Both the position numbers and the translations under genes were made by a program. From contig CAXXLQ010000004.1 in the NCBI GenBank assembly GCA_963668695.2, forward strand, positions 2,592,001-2,656,000: a DNA stretch of 64,000 nt, written 5' to 3'. Each line of letters starts with the position of its first letter. Position 1 is the first letter of the stretch. The notes under the pieces were generated by a model, which had not been told where the DNA came from, ran no database searches, and worked only from the letters and a program-made list of their open reading frames with translations. This document shows positions 51,373-61,844 of this stretch, piece by piece. The stretch is from Vicinamibacteria bacterium (GTDB taxonomy: Bacteria > Acidobacteriota > Vicinamibacteria > Marinacidobacterales > Marinacidobacteraceae).

Positions 51373-54300
51373 CTAGAAGCGGAGGGTCGTCCGGAAGAGG
51401 AACGTCCGGGCGTTCTGCCGGCTCCTGAGCTGGAGGAAGTTCGGACTGTAGGTCCGGTTCGCCGAGCTGTAGGTGTACTGGTTGTGGTGGTAGGCGTCCA
51501 TCAGGTTGAAGATCTGCGCCGTCACCTCGAGCGAAGCCGGGCCGAAGTCGATGATCTTGCCAGCGGACAGACCTACCGTATGAACGGTCGGGGCCTGCAC
51601 CTGAAGGTCGCCGCGGGTGGCGGCTACGAAGCGGAAGCGCGTGGACAGCGGGTTCGTCCTGCCGTTGTTCGCGCTACCGGGACCGTACTGGGTGACCCTG
51701 GGATCGCTCGAGCTAAGCCGGTTGGTGACCGGGCCGGACCACGGACCAGCGTTGGCTGTGTAACTGATCCCGGCGGTGACGTCCCACGGCAGCAGATATG
51801 TCAGACCGCCGCGGACGGAGAACTGCCGCCAGGTGGGCGAGTAGGAACTCGTCGGCAGCGAGTTGTGCTCGTTGTTCCCGCGCGGCATGTTCAGCGCCTT
51901 GTTGTTCCCGAACGCCTCGGGCGAGATGTAGCGCGCCGGGTCGTTCGGATTCCAGTCGCCGGCGTAGTGCTGCCACTGCCGGTTGATGTTCAGCGTCGCC
52001 GACATGCGCTCGGTCCGCCGGGTGGTGGTGATCTCGAGGGCGGTATAGACCAGCTGGGACCAGGTGTTGTTCGTCTGCTGGTTGATGGTGCCCTGCGCGA
52101 TATCCACCTTGCCGAACTGGAACTCGCCGAGCGGCGGAACCGCGGGGGAGGCCGACGGGTAGTAACCGTTCTGCTCCAGGAAGGCGTAGTTGTGGTTGTA
52201 GCGCCGATGCACGACGGCGGCGTCCACTGCGAATTGTCCACCGAACTGGCGGCGCAAGCCTCCGATGAGTTCCTGCACGAACGGCTGTCCGACATCCGGG
52301 TCGAAGAGGACCTCGGGATTGAGATTGGATCGCGGCGGGCTGTACACGTTGTGGTCAGGGACCCCGTCGCCGTCGTGGTCGTACTCGGTGTACGAACCGA
52401 TGGTGGCCCCGGAGTGGCTTGAGGTGATGTTGTCGCGGCCGTTCATCTGCTCGTGGACCCGACCGACGCTGCCCCGGAGAACGGTGCGGCCGTCCTCGGT
52501 GAGCATGTAGGAGAACCCGAAGCGAGGTCCGAGGGCGAGCGTGTCCATCCGGTCGTGGTTCAGGATGCCGTCGTGGCGCTTTACGAAGTCGGCGCGGAGG
52601 CCGAGGTTCAGCGTGAGGCGGTCAATCGGCTTCCAGGCATCCTGGAGGTAGAACGCGATGTCGCTGTCCTGGGCGTCGCGGGTCTGGAGTTGACTGGCGG
52701 CGCTGGTCTGGTCACCGTTGCGGCTGCGGCTGTACCAGACGGTGCCGACCGCCTGGGACAGGTTGTTCCGCGTCACGATGTTGCCGTTTGCATCCACCGG
52801 CGTGTGCCTCTCCGAGTTCCAGCCGGTTGAGTCCGCATACACCGTGTACTGCGGGTACCGGTTCAAGGGAGCCGCATAGACGCCGAATCCGATCTCGTGC
52901 GAGCCGGCCGCGTCCTCAACGTAGCGGGTGATGTCACCCCGGAGCAGCAGGAGTCGTGTCGGACGGGTCGTTCCGCCCCCGGTACCCAACGCTGCGAGGC
53001 GGCCGCCGTCCCCGGTCGTTCCGCTGTCGTTCACGGTGAATCCGCTGTGGATCTCGACGGAGAGCGGGAGGTCGCCGAACTGCGGCTGCGACGGACGGTC
53101 CACTTCCGCCGCTTTGTTGTTCCAGGAAACGAGGAACTGCCCGGTGGTGTTCGTCCCGAAGACGGAGGTGAGCTTGGCGCCGAGGAGGTCGCCGCCCGTC
53201 TTTACCACGAACCGCGGCGCGAGGTCGTATTCGCGGTTCGACGTGTTTTGCAACTGGTCGCGCTGGTAGTAGGTGGAGAGTTCGTGATTCGGGTTCAACT
53301 GCGCCGTCAGCTTGAGGTAGGGCTGGTGGCTCTTCGTGGTGTTCGGGAACTCGCTGTAGGTGGGTGTCGTACCCAGTCCTCCGCCGAGCGGAAGTCCGGA
53401 AAGATCCCTCAGGAACCCGACATCCAGAGCCGAGCGGCTGATGCGGGCGGCGAGGTCCGCGACGCGATAGGTGGCGAAGAACCAGGCCCTGTCCTGCATG
53501 ATCGGGCCGCCGATGGAGAAGTCAGCCTGCTTCACCAGGTGCGCGGTCGGAGTGCCGGCGCCGGCGTTCGTCTCGGCGGGCGGGTCATATGCACCCAAGG
53601 CCGCAAAGTTCGACTTCTCCGAGGCGAAGGGGTCAAAGCCCTGGGAAGCTGGTTGTCGCCGAAGAAACCCTCGAGGCCGTCCTCGTTGCCGGTGCCCCAG
53701 TCGTACTCCTGGTGGTCGTAGGCGGCGGACATCGAGAGGTCGTTACCACCGCTCTTCGTGACGATGTTGATGATCAACCCCGTCCCCATCGGATCCTTCG
53801 CCTCGGCGCCCCCGGTCTTGACCGAAGCGTCCTCGATCATGTCCGCACCCATGCCGACGTAGGTGATCTGGGCGTCGTTGTAGCCGGCGGCGGCCATGCC
53901 CTCGATCTGGATCACATGGGCAAAGTGCTCGGTCGCGTGACCGAAATACACCATCCGGCCGGAACCATCATCGAATGGCCGAGCGTTCACGCCGGGAGTC
54001 ATCTCGAGGAAGTCGCTCCAGTTGCCGCGGGCCTGGATGGGCAGCTCGCGCTGGAATTCGCCCTCGATCGTAAGAATGTTGCCGGCCCGGGCGATTTCGA
54101 GCATCGGCGTTTCCGCCGTGACCGTGATCGTCTCCTCCACGCCGCTGATGGCCAACACGACATCGACCCCGATGTTGGTGCTGGCGCGGACCAGGATGCC
54201 TTCCTGCCGGGAGGTGGCGAAGCCGGACAGGGAGGCTTCCAGCACATAGTCGCCCGGAGGCAGGTTCAGCAGCCGATAGGTCCCCGAGCCGTCGGAGACG

Positions 54301-54476
54301 GCGGTGGCCGCGCTGATCAGAGCGGGGCTCGTCGCAGTGATCGTGACTCCAGGAAGCACGGCGGCCGAGTCGTCGGTGACCGTGCCGCGGATGCTGGAAT
54401 CGCCGCCCTGTCCGAACGCGAGTGCCGGAAGGGCGAGGGACGCCGCAAGAAGCAGCGCGAAAGTGGACTTCCGCAT
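51373..54476 (-). CDS. TonB-dependent receptor with an N-terminal carboxypeptidase-regulatory-like domain, 1-bp frameshift near 53643
   Basis: ORFs 53532..54476 (GTVTD, LPGVT, NIVTKSGGN) and 51373..53598 (GGPIMQDRAWFF, YLQDAWK, terminal F) join if one C is added. Confidence 0.88.
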
Positions 54477-54722
54477 GGTTCCTCCTATATGAGGTGTCTG
54501 AGATTTGTTGGGACGCGGCCCGAGTACGCTCGGATTCCGCGGGATGAACAGCCTGAAAGAGGCAACGATTATGCCATGCTTCGGGGTCTGAAGGAACCAC
54601 CTATCTAACGGTTCGACTTTTGTTTGGTTTACGCACCGAAGTGCGAATGCGTCGCCGGGCTTCGGTGTCCAATCAACCGAACGAACGGGTTGGAATCTTG
54701 GAGAGGCCGCTCGCCGGATCGT

Positions 54723-56819
54723 TCAATTTCGGCCGGGAGACGGTCCGGAGCGCAGGGCCGCCAGCAGTTCGCGGACATCCGGCTGCTCGGGAAAGAGGGT
54801 GAGCGACTGCTCGAGATAGGGAATGGCGCGTGCGTTTTCTCCGGTCGCCGCGAGCGACCACGCCAGCGCGTTCAGGAGAGCCGGGTCGGCGGCCTGGAGG
54901 GCCAGGGAACGCTCATAAAGCTCCGCCGCCCGGGGGTGGTTCCCGGACTCGCGATGGGCGTCGCCCAATACCCGCAGGACCATCGCGTTCTCGGGAGCCT
55001 GGGCGAGCGCCGGCTCGAGGAGTCGCACCGCGGCGCGCGGATCGCCGTCGTCGAGCGCGAACCTGCCGAGGGCGAGCCGCACGCGCCCGAGATTCGGGTT
55101 TTCGGCGAGCGCTGCCTCGAACATCGCGCGGCCGCGCTCGTGGTCTCCTACGCGGAGCCACTGTTCGCCGAGGGCTGCGGAGACGGCTCCCGGAGACTTG
55201 GTGTCCGGGGAATCGCTGAGACCCCAGGGAACCGCGACCCGGCTGCGCGCATTCAAATCGAAAGTCACCATCCTGGGGTTGTCGTCCGCGCTCACCGAAA
55301 GCACGTAGCGACCCGAGTCCCATGCGGTCGTTGGCGGCTGCCAGGTGGCGAGACCGTCCTGCACCGCGACCTCCTCTTCCAGAACGGCCGACTCCATGGC
55401 CACCGATTCGTCGGATGCGTCCCACGGAATAACCCGGAACACCACGCTCTCATGCCCGATTGCCGACGCCACCGCCCGGATCGGGCTTCCGACGGACACT
55501 ACGCCGCGCCCGTTGGGGACCAGTTGGGCACCATCCGTCAGCCAGGCGCGCAGGTGGTCGCCTTCAACCGGCTGCGGCGGCGTGTGAATCAGCCAGGGGC
55601 GCGAGAGCGAGGGCTCACTTTCTGGAACGCTGAGTTCGTCCTCGAACACGGTGTACTCGGTCCGTGCGTCGTTCTTGAAGATGATCCGGAACCGGAAATC
55701 GCCGGGAATCAGCGGGAACACGCCGCGGTAGGCGAACGGACGGGCGCCGATGTCCTGAAGCTGGCTCTCGGTCAGCCGCAGGAAGGGGGTGACCACGAAG
55801 TCGTGAACGACCTCGCCCTCGGGCGTGGTGACCTCTCCGGTGACCTCGAACCGGGTGAAATACTCGTTGCCGTCCTCTTGCTTGGCGAGCGTGAAGTGCT
55901 GCGGCTCGATCTCAAGGGCGTAGTGCACGAACCAGAACCCTGACGCCGGGCCGGGCAATACGCGGGCGAGCCCGGCGCTCGGGACGAAGTTGAAGAGGTA
56001 GTCGCTCTCGACCAGCCCGCGGCCCGCTTCGGCTCCCGTCACCCAACCGGTGTCCAGCAGTCGGTACGGGGCGCGATTGATGTCTGAGAGGATGGTCTGA
56101 GTCTGGAGGATTTCCATGTCCGGCTGGAGCAGGCTCGCGGCCACCCCGCGGTCCGCCCGCATCGTGATGCTCGCGTGGGCGAGCTGCGGCGAAATCTCCT
56201 GCAGGGTCTCGAACGCCTCTGCCCGGGAGTCCCCGATCGTGAAGGATTGGGCCGGCAGGAGTTCTTCCGGCTGGTGGATGACGTGGTTGAACTGGATGAA
56301 GGGTCCGGCGTTGTATTGGCGGAAGAAGAGGATGTAGAGGGGCGGGAGCAGTTGCTCGTCCCGCGCCAGGTAGAACCAGAGTTCCACCGGATAGAGCCCT
56401 GGCAAGGAGGCGAAGCTCTCCCGCTCCTCCGGCTCCCCGAGCTGGATGTACATGCGCCCCCGATCGGTCATCCAGCCGGGGACTGCTGCTTCACGGCCGA
56501 GGTAGGTGTTGGCGTACTCGATGCGTTCGTAATGTTCGGTTCGGTACTCGTTCTCCGGAGTCAGCGGTTCGGGGTCACGGCGCTGCCAGAAGGCTGCGAT
56601 GAACGCCTCGCGTTCGGCCCCCGACTGGAGCCTCTCGAAGGCGTCCTTCTCTCGGTCGCTGATGATGTAGACGACGTCGTATTCGAGCCACTTCTGGTGT
56701 TCGTCGGAGAGCGGGAAGCGGTCCTGCCCGGCGGCGGTCAGGGGGACGGCGAGGAGGACGGCGAGGAGGAAGGCCGTGAGCAGCATCGGCGGGAGGCCTC
56801 GCGGGAAGGACTGGGTCAT
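54723..56819 (-). CDS. GWxTD domain protein with C-terminal TPR repeats
   Basis: WLEYDVVYII, FWQRRDP, GWMTDRGRMYIQLGEP; TPR-like helices. Confidence 0.92.
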   Translation of the reverse strand: MTQSFPRGLPPMLLTAFLLAVLLAVPLTAAGQDRFPLSDEHQKWLEYDVVYIISDREKDAFERLQSGAEREAFIAAFWQRRDPEPLTPENEYRTEHYERIEYANTYLGREAAVPGWMTDRGRMYIQLGEPEERESFASLPGLYPVELWFYLARDEQLLPPLYILFFRQYNAGPFIQFNHVIHQPEELLPAQSFTIGDSRAEAFETLQEISPQLAHASITMRADRGVAASLLQPDMEILQTQTILSDINRAPYRLLDTGWVTGAEAGRGLVESDYLFNFVPSAGLARVLPGPASGFWFVHYALEIEPQHFTLAKQEDGNEYFTRFEVTGEVTTPEGEVVHDFVVTPFLRLTESQLQDIGARPFAYRGVFPLIPGDFRFRIIFKNDARTEYTVFEDELSVPESEPSLSRPWLIHTPPQPVEGDHLRAWLTDGAQLVPNGRGVVSVGSPIRAVASAIGHESVVFRVIPWDASDESVAMESAVLEEEVAVQDGLATWQPPTTAWDSGRYVLSVSADDNPRMVTFDLNARSRVAVPWGLSDSPDTKSPGAVSAALGEQWLRVGDHERGRAMFEAALAENPNLGRVRLALGRFALDDGDPRAAVRLLEPALAQAPENAMVLRVLGDAHRESGNHPRAAELYERSLALQAADPALLNALAWSLAATGENARAIPYLEQSLTLFPEQPDVRELLAALRSGPSPGRN

Positions 56820-56893
56820 GGGATTCCGTTCATTCTGACCTGAAACGGCGATGGGTGCCTCGGGCGGGCAGGACGGTTCCCACTGATCCGGCG

Positions 56894-57283
56894 TCAGTCG
56901 TCCCACAAACTCTCCACGTCCGGACAGCGGCGAAGTCGGGTGTCCGCGGTGACGAGACGCAGGCCGAACACCTTGGCGGTGGCGACGATGAAGCGGTCGG
57001 CCGGATCCTCATGGTCCAGGCGAAGCTGCCGGCTGGCGGCCGCGACCTCAAAGGTGAGGGGTACCTCCCGGACGGTTCGCGCCGCCTCCCGGAGCCAGGT
57101 TCGGGGGTTGGGGGACAGTGTGATGCGACCCCGTTCGGCAAGGAGGATGACTTCCCAGAGGCTGATCGGCGACAGCCGAGGAGGTTCGGACGCCATCTCG
57201 AGTTCCGTTCTGACGGACGTCGGCAGCCGCTCCGGCTCGTTGATGCCCCAAAGCCAGACGTGGGTATCGAGGAGGAACGGCAC
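56894..57283 (-). CDS. vapC: VapC/PIN-domain toxin
   Basis: LLDTHVWLW, SPISLWE, HEDPADRFIVATA, LVTAD. Confidence 0.92.
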   Translation of the reverse strand: MPFLLDTHVWLWGINEPERLPTSVRTELEMASEPPRLSPISLWEVILLAERGRITLSPNPRTWLREAARTVREVPLTFEVAAASRQLRLDHEDPADRFIVATAKVFGLRLVTADTRLRRCPDVESLWDD

Positions 57284-57284
57284 T

Positions 57285-57488
57285 TAGCAGCCGGCAGACA
57301 ACGTCACGCGGTGTTCGACCGGCGATGCATCCCGGCTGAACCGCGCCGCTTCGCGTCGCTCATCGTTGCGCTCCGGTCGAAAGACACGGGGTATTCCTCC
57401 CTTGCGCGCCTTGTCAGCCGGGCGCCTCACCGGCCAGTTCTCCCGGTGGGGGCCTCGGCACTCGCGCCACCTTGTCCACCGGCTACTA
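57285..57488 (-). mobile_element. MITE family 1 copy between antitoxin and toxin, one 18-bp insertion at 57434
   Basis: Reverse-orientation match to 40728..40912; TA at both ends. Confidence 0.88.
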
Positions 57489-57722
57489 GCTGAGGGCTTC
57501 CCAGTCGGACGGCTCGGATACCGGCGCAACGATGTCGCCGTGGATCGTGACCGAGCCTTTCATGGAGCCGAGCCAGCTCCCGGCGGGGTTTGGGGCTGGA
57601 GGGACGATCCTGGCGATCGGTTTGCCGCGGCGCGTGACCAGAACGGGTTCCCGGGTTTGTGCAACCCGATCCAGCACGGCCAGGCAGGTGGCCTTGAACT
57701 TTGAAATCTGTATGCGCTCCAT
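57486..57722 (-). CDS. Phd/YefM-family antitoxin
   Basis: ISKFKATCLAVLDRV...PVLVTRRGKPIARIVP. Confidence 0.92.
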   Translation of the reverse strand: MERIQISKFKATCLAVLDRVAQTREPVLVTRRGKPIARIVPPAPNPAGSWLGSMKGSVTIHGDIVAPVSEPSDWEALS

Positions 57723-57745
57723 GGACCAATCTTACTATGGTCCAT
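57721..57745. promoter_or_regulatory. Putative TA autoregulatory operator
   Basis: ATGGACCA-N9-TGGTCCAT inverted repeat overlapping the antitoxin start. Confidence 0.6.
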
Positions 57746-57830
57746 TCCTATGGTCACTTCGAGTTCCCGTTTCGCCGCTGATCCAGCGCGCGTTGGCAGT
57801 GTCATCGGCGCTGGTTTCGCGCTCCCGCGC

Positions 57831-57873
57831 GATGCCGGCCAGAGGCCGGCCCAGTTCTCCCGGTGGGGGCTCC
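57831..57873. repeat. REP-like hairpin with an 18-bp insertion (57851..57868)
   Basis: GATGCCGGCCAGAGGCCGGC-[CCAGTTCTCCCGGTGGGG]-GCTCC. Confidence 0.85.
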
Positions 57874-57958
57874 AAGCCGTCCCCGCGCCTCTTCGCAGTT
57901 GGCGATGCGCGATCTCGCTGCGCGTGGCGCAGCGGTGCCGGATGGGGTCGGCTTGGCG

Positions 57959-60565
57959 CTACAACTCCGCAAGCGCCTCGCGGAGGGCTCTGGCGGCGTC
58001 CGCGACGGCTTCCCCGTCATCCCCGTCCAGCGTGATGCGAGTCCCCTCGGAACCGGGGTACGAGCCGATCTCGACTGTCGGATAGGCCGCAACCAGGCGG
58101 TCAAGAAGGGGGATCAGCTCCTCTTCGGGGCGCGGAACCAGTTCCTCGTCGGCGAAGTACCGAGGTCCTTCGGGAAGACACTCGGCGAGGATCCCGAGCT
58201 TCTTTTCGAAGACGGGTGGCAGGCCCGGGAGGATCCAGACGTTCCGCATGACGACCACCGGCCAGGCGCCGCTTTGTCCTTCGCGGAGCTCGCATCCCTC
58301 CGGAACGCGGGCGAGATCGCGGTGGGTGGTTTCGAGGCCGCGCTGCCTCAGCGTGTCGAGAAAGCGGGGGTGATGGATCACCCCGGTTCCGAACGCGCGG
58401 GCGACGCCCTCCATGGTGACATCGTCGTGCGTGGCGCCTACACCTCCGGAAGTGAACACGAGATCGTGACCCGCGGCGAGTGCGGCCGTCTCCGCGGCGA
58501 TGACTTCCGGTTCGTCGGGAATCGTCAACACCCGCTGCAGAGCCACCCCCTTTTCCCGAAGCAGGCGGGCGAGGAGGCGGGTGTTCGTGTCGGTCACTTT
58601 CCCGGAGAGGATTTCGTTGCCGATCACCAGGAAGGCGGCGGTCCTTCTCCGCGGCGCCCGAGGGGATCCCTCCGGCGGGGGGCGATCCGTCGCTGCGGGG
58701 TCCGGGTCCTCCGGAAGGGAGTCCCGCACGGCGGCGAGAAAGCGGGCGCCGTACTTCTCGATCTTCGCCGGGCCGACTCCGCGCAGGCGCGCGAACTCCG
58801 CCGCGGAGGGCGGCCTGCGGGCGGCCATTTCGTGGAGGGTGGCGTTCGAGAACACCATGAAGGCCGGAAGCCCTTCCTCCCGTGCGATAGCGAGGCGCAG
58901 CGCCCGCAGCTTCTCGATGAGAGCCGGGTCGGGAGCGGGCGCTTCGCCGTCGGCCGCTGCGGAGTCGCGGGACTCTTGGTCCGGGGGCGCCGCCTTCGGA
59001 CGGGTCAGGGTGAGGGACTCCCGGTTCCGGAGAAACGCCCACCCCGCGGGGGTCAGGGACATGGTTGGGAACCCGCTGTCGCCGGCGCGGCGGAGCAGGT
59101 CCCGGGCGACGAGCTTGTCCGCGGTGTCCCGCAAATCCTCCTCCCGATGATCGCGTGCGATGCCGTGGACGCTCAGCCGGTCGTGCCCGAGGTCCAGAAC
59201 CCGCTTCGCCCGCGAGCCGCGCAGCACCGCCACGACGTGGGCCATGCCGAAACGCTGTCCGGTGCGGACCACCCCGGAGAGGATCTTCTGGGTGATCTCG
59301 GTGGCGTCGTACTCCTCGATCTCGCCGCCGGTTCCGGGTCCCAGGCAGTTGTCGCAGCCCCCGCAGTTCTCCAATTCCTCAAGCGAGGCGTCCGAGAAGT
59401 AGTCGAGCAGGTAGCGTCGCCGGCAGGAGGTGAGTTCGCAGTAGGCGATCATCTGGGCGAGCCTTTCCTGCGCGCGCTGGCGTTCGGCGGGATCTTCGAT
59501 CTCGTGGATGAACCGCTGCTGGGCGGCCCGATCGGCGACGCTGAAGAACAGGACACATTCGCTCGAAAGGCCGTCGCGTCCGGCGCGCCCGGTCTCCTGG
59601 TAGTAGCCCTCCACCGACTTCGGGAGGTTGTAGTGCGCAACGAGGCGCAGGTCGGGCATGTCAATCCCCATCCCGAACGCGATCGTGGCCGCCACGATCA
59701 ACGCCTCCTTGCTGGCGAACCGGTCCTGCGCCGACCGGCGCTCCTCGTGGTCGAGTCCGGCGTGGTAGGCCAGAGCGCGGAAACCCAGCGCGCGGAGCCG
59801 CTCGGCCACCGATTCCGTTTCCCTCCGCGAGAGGCAGTACACGATGGCGGACTCCCCCTCGTGTTCCCGCAGGAGTCCGACGAGAAGGTCGAAGGAACGC
59901 CGTTTGGGTCGCACCCGGTAGTTGAGGTTGGGACGATTGAAGCTCCCCACGAAGAACTCGGGGTCCTCCATCCGGAGTTCGGAGGCGATTTCCCGGCGGA
60001 CCCGCTCAGTGGCGGTCGCGGTGAGCGCCAGAAAGGGGGCCGCCGGGAAGCGGTCGCGCAGCGCTCCCAGGTTCCGGTAGTCAGGCCGGAACTCATGACC
60101 CCACTGGGAGATGCAGTGGGCCTCGTCCACCGCCACCAGCGCCACCCGGATCCGTTCGAGGAACCGCCCGAAGCCCGCGGAGGCGAGACGCTCCGGCGCT
60201 ACGTAGAGCAGCTTTACCTTGCCGGCTTGCGCCTCCTCCCGGACGAGCCGCGCCTCTTCGGAGGTGAGCGAACTGTTGAGGGAGCGGGCGGCGATCCCCC
60301 GCGCCCGGAGCGCATCCACCTGGTCCTTCATCAGGGCGATCAGGGGCGAAATGACCAGGGTGACGCCGTCGAGGGCGAGCGCCGGAAGTTGGTAGCAAAG
60401 CGATTTGCCCCCGCCAGTGGGCATCAGCACCACCGTGTCCCGCCCGGCCAGGACGCTGGTGATCGCCGGTTCCTGCAGCGGTCGGAAGCTCTGGTAGCCG
60501 AAGTGTTCCTTCAGCAGGGAAAGCGGAGTGGGCTTCGCCGACCCGGCCTCTGGTGCGCTCTGCAT
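57959..60565 (-). CDS. recQ: RecQ helicase fused to a C-terminal COG1058/CinA-like (molybdopterin-binding fold) domain
   Basis: MPTGGGKS, DEAHCISQWGHEFRPDY, QETGRAGRDG, Zn-binding CRR..CGGCDNC, RQC, HRDC; then IGNEILSGKVTDTN, TSGGVGATHDDVT, LPGLP. Confidence 0.9.
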   Translation of the reverse strand: MQSAPEAGSAKPTPLSLLKEHFGYQSFRPLQEPAITSVLAGRDTVVLMPTGGGKSLCYQLPALALDGVTLVISPLIALMKDQVDALRARGIAARSLNSSLTSEEARLVREEAQAGKVKLLYVAPERLASAGFGRFLERIRVALVAVDEAHCISQWGHEFRPDYRNLGALRDRFPAAPFLALTATATERVRREIASELRMEDPEFFVGSFNRPNLNYRVRPKRRSFDLLVGLLREHEGESAIVYCLSRRETESVAERLRALGFRALAYHAGLDHEERRSAQDRFASKEALIVAATIAFGMGIDMPDLRLVAHYNLPKSVEGYYQETGRAGRDGLSSECVLFFSVADRAAQQRFIHEIEDPAERQRAQERLAQMIAYCELTSCRRRYLLDYFSDASLEELENCGGCDNCLGPGTGGEIEEYDATEITQKILSGVVRTGQRFGMAHVVAVLRGSRAKRVLDLGHDRLSVHGIARDHREEDLRDTADKLVARDLLRRAGDSGFPTMSLTPAGWAFLRNRESLTLTRPKAAPPDQESRDSAAADGEAPAPDPALIEKLRALRLAIAREEGLPAFMVFSNATLHEMAARRPPSAAEFARLRGVGPAKIEKYGARFLAAVRDSLPEDPDPAATDRPPPEGSPRAPRRRTAAFLVIGNEILSGKVTDTNTRLLARLLREKGVALQRVLTIPDEPEVIAAETAALAAGHDLVFTSGGVGATHDDVTMEGVARAFGTGVIHHPRFLDTLRQRGLETTHRDLARVPEGCELREGQSGAWPVVVMRNVWILPGLPPVFEKKLGILAECLPEGPRYFADEELVPRPEEELIPLLDRLVAAYPTVEIGSYPGSEGTRITLDGDDGEAVADAARALREALAEL

Positions 60566-60699
60566 TCGGCACCCGGCAGCCTACCCGACCGCGCTCGGCG
60601 GATGGCCGAGCGGCGGTTTGGAGTGCCTTCGTTGTGGTGTCCAGCAGGCGCGGCCCATCCCGTCCCGGAACCGGGGGCATGCCGCCGTGTGGTGGGAGC

Positions 60700-61837
60700 G
60701 GCTCACTCTTCAGGAGGTGTCCCTCGCCGGGTTCGTCCGGAGCGTGGGACATCGCGAACCACCGGCGCTCGACAGGATCCTGATCGCGCGGGCGCGGCAG
60801 TGCCCGCTGGTCCTGCTGCTGGACGAGGCGCATACGCTCGACCTCGGGCGGGTTTAGCAGCCGGTGATGAAACCCACGCGGCCCAGTTCTCCCGGTGGGG
60901 GCTCGGCCGGCGATCCATCCCGGCCAAACAACCGGTGATGAAACCCACGCGGCCCAGTTCTCCCGGTGGGGGCTCGGCCGGCGATCCATCCCGGCCAAAC
61001 AACCGGTGATGAAACCCTCGCGGCACCAGTTCTCCCGGTGGGGGCTCACGTGGGTTCCATCCATCCCGGCTGAACCGCGTCGCTGCGCGCCGCTCATCGT
61101 TGCGTTTCGGTTGGAATACACGCGGTATTCCTCCCTCACGCGCCTTGTCAGCCGGGCCCCCACCGGGAGGACTGGCCCCACCGGGAGAACTGGGCCTCGC
61201 CCCCACCGGGAGAACTGGCCGACCTCGGCGCTCACGTGGGTTCCACCACCGGCTGTTCACCGCGTCGCTTCGCGCCGCTCATCGTTGCGTTTCGGTCGGA
61301 ATACACGCGGTATTCCTCCCTCACGCGCCTTGTCAGCCGGGCCCCCACCGGGAGAACTGGGCCTCGCCCCCACCGGGAGAACTGGGCCTCGCCCCCACCG
61401 GGAGAACTGGCCGACCTCGGCGCTCACGTGGGTTCCACCACCGGCTGTTCACCGCGTCGCTGCGCGCCGCTCATCGTTGCGTTTCGGTCGGAATACACGC
61501 GGTATTCCTCCCTCACGCGCCTTGTCAGCCGGGCCCCCACCGGGAGGACTGGCCCCACCGGGAGAACTGGGCCTCGCCCCCACCGGGAGAACTGGCCAGC
61601 CTCGGCGCTCACGTGGGTTCCACCACCGGCTGCTAGCTGAACGCGAGCCAAATGGTGGGACGTGACCTTCCCTTCCTGCTCGTGCTCGCCGGGACGCCCA
61701 ACCTGGAGACGCACCTGAACCGGTTGGGCGCCTCGTGCTGGAGTCGCGCCGAACGCCCGCGTATCGGGACGCTGGATGGGAACGCCACCGCCCTGGCTTT
61801 CCGGGAGCCGTTCCGGCCCGTAGCCGCCGTCCTCTGA
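60700..61837 (+). pseudogene. AAA/ATP-binding protein fragment interrupted by a composite repeat
   Basis: PLVLLLDEAHTLDLGRV (Walker B) before the insert; LNASQMVGRDLPFLLVLAGTPNL continues in frame after it; no Walker A seen. Confidence 0.7.
60855..61635 (-). mobile_element. Composite tandem MITE family 1 array with twelve 18-bp repeats
   Basis: TA-flanked; 71-bp tandem units at the left and three ~185-192-bp units; 18-mers at 60883, 60954, 61026, 61158, 61176, 61201, 61343, 61368, 61393, 61535, 61553, 61578. Confidence 0.88.
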
Positions 61838-61844
61838 ACGGCGT

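Noticed and set aside
53532-53660. Programmed frameshift or phase variation in the TonB receptor
   Set aside because: Only a 3-base run with no slippery heptamer; error or simple mutation is more likely
57863-61009. 1048-aa plus-strand ORF and similar long overlapping ORFs (11981..13684, 25965..27596, 36266..38203)
   Set aside because: High-GC antisense shadows of well-supported genes with no recognisable motifs
60855-61635. CRISPR array (short repeat recurring at regular spacing; also 63713..63943)
   Set aside because: Intervening sequences are near-identical MITE pieces, not unique spacers; the repeat is 18 bp and in mixed orientations; no cas genes
60895-61714. ORFs rich in PHRENW / QFSRWG / PTGRTG (also near 23.9, 24.8 and 63.4-64 kb)
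   Set aside because: Translations of stop-poor repeat DNA, not credible proteins
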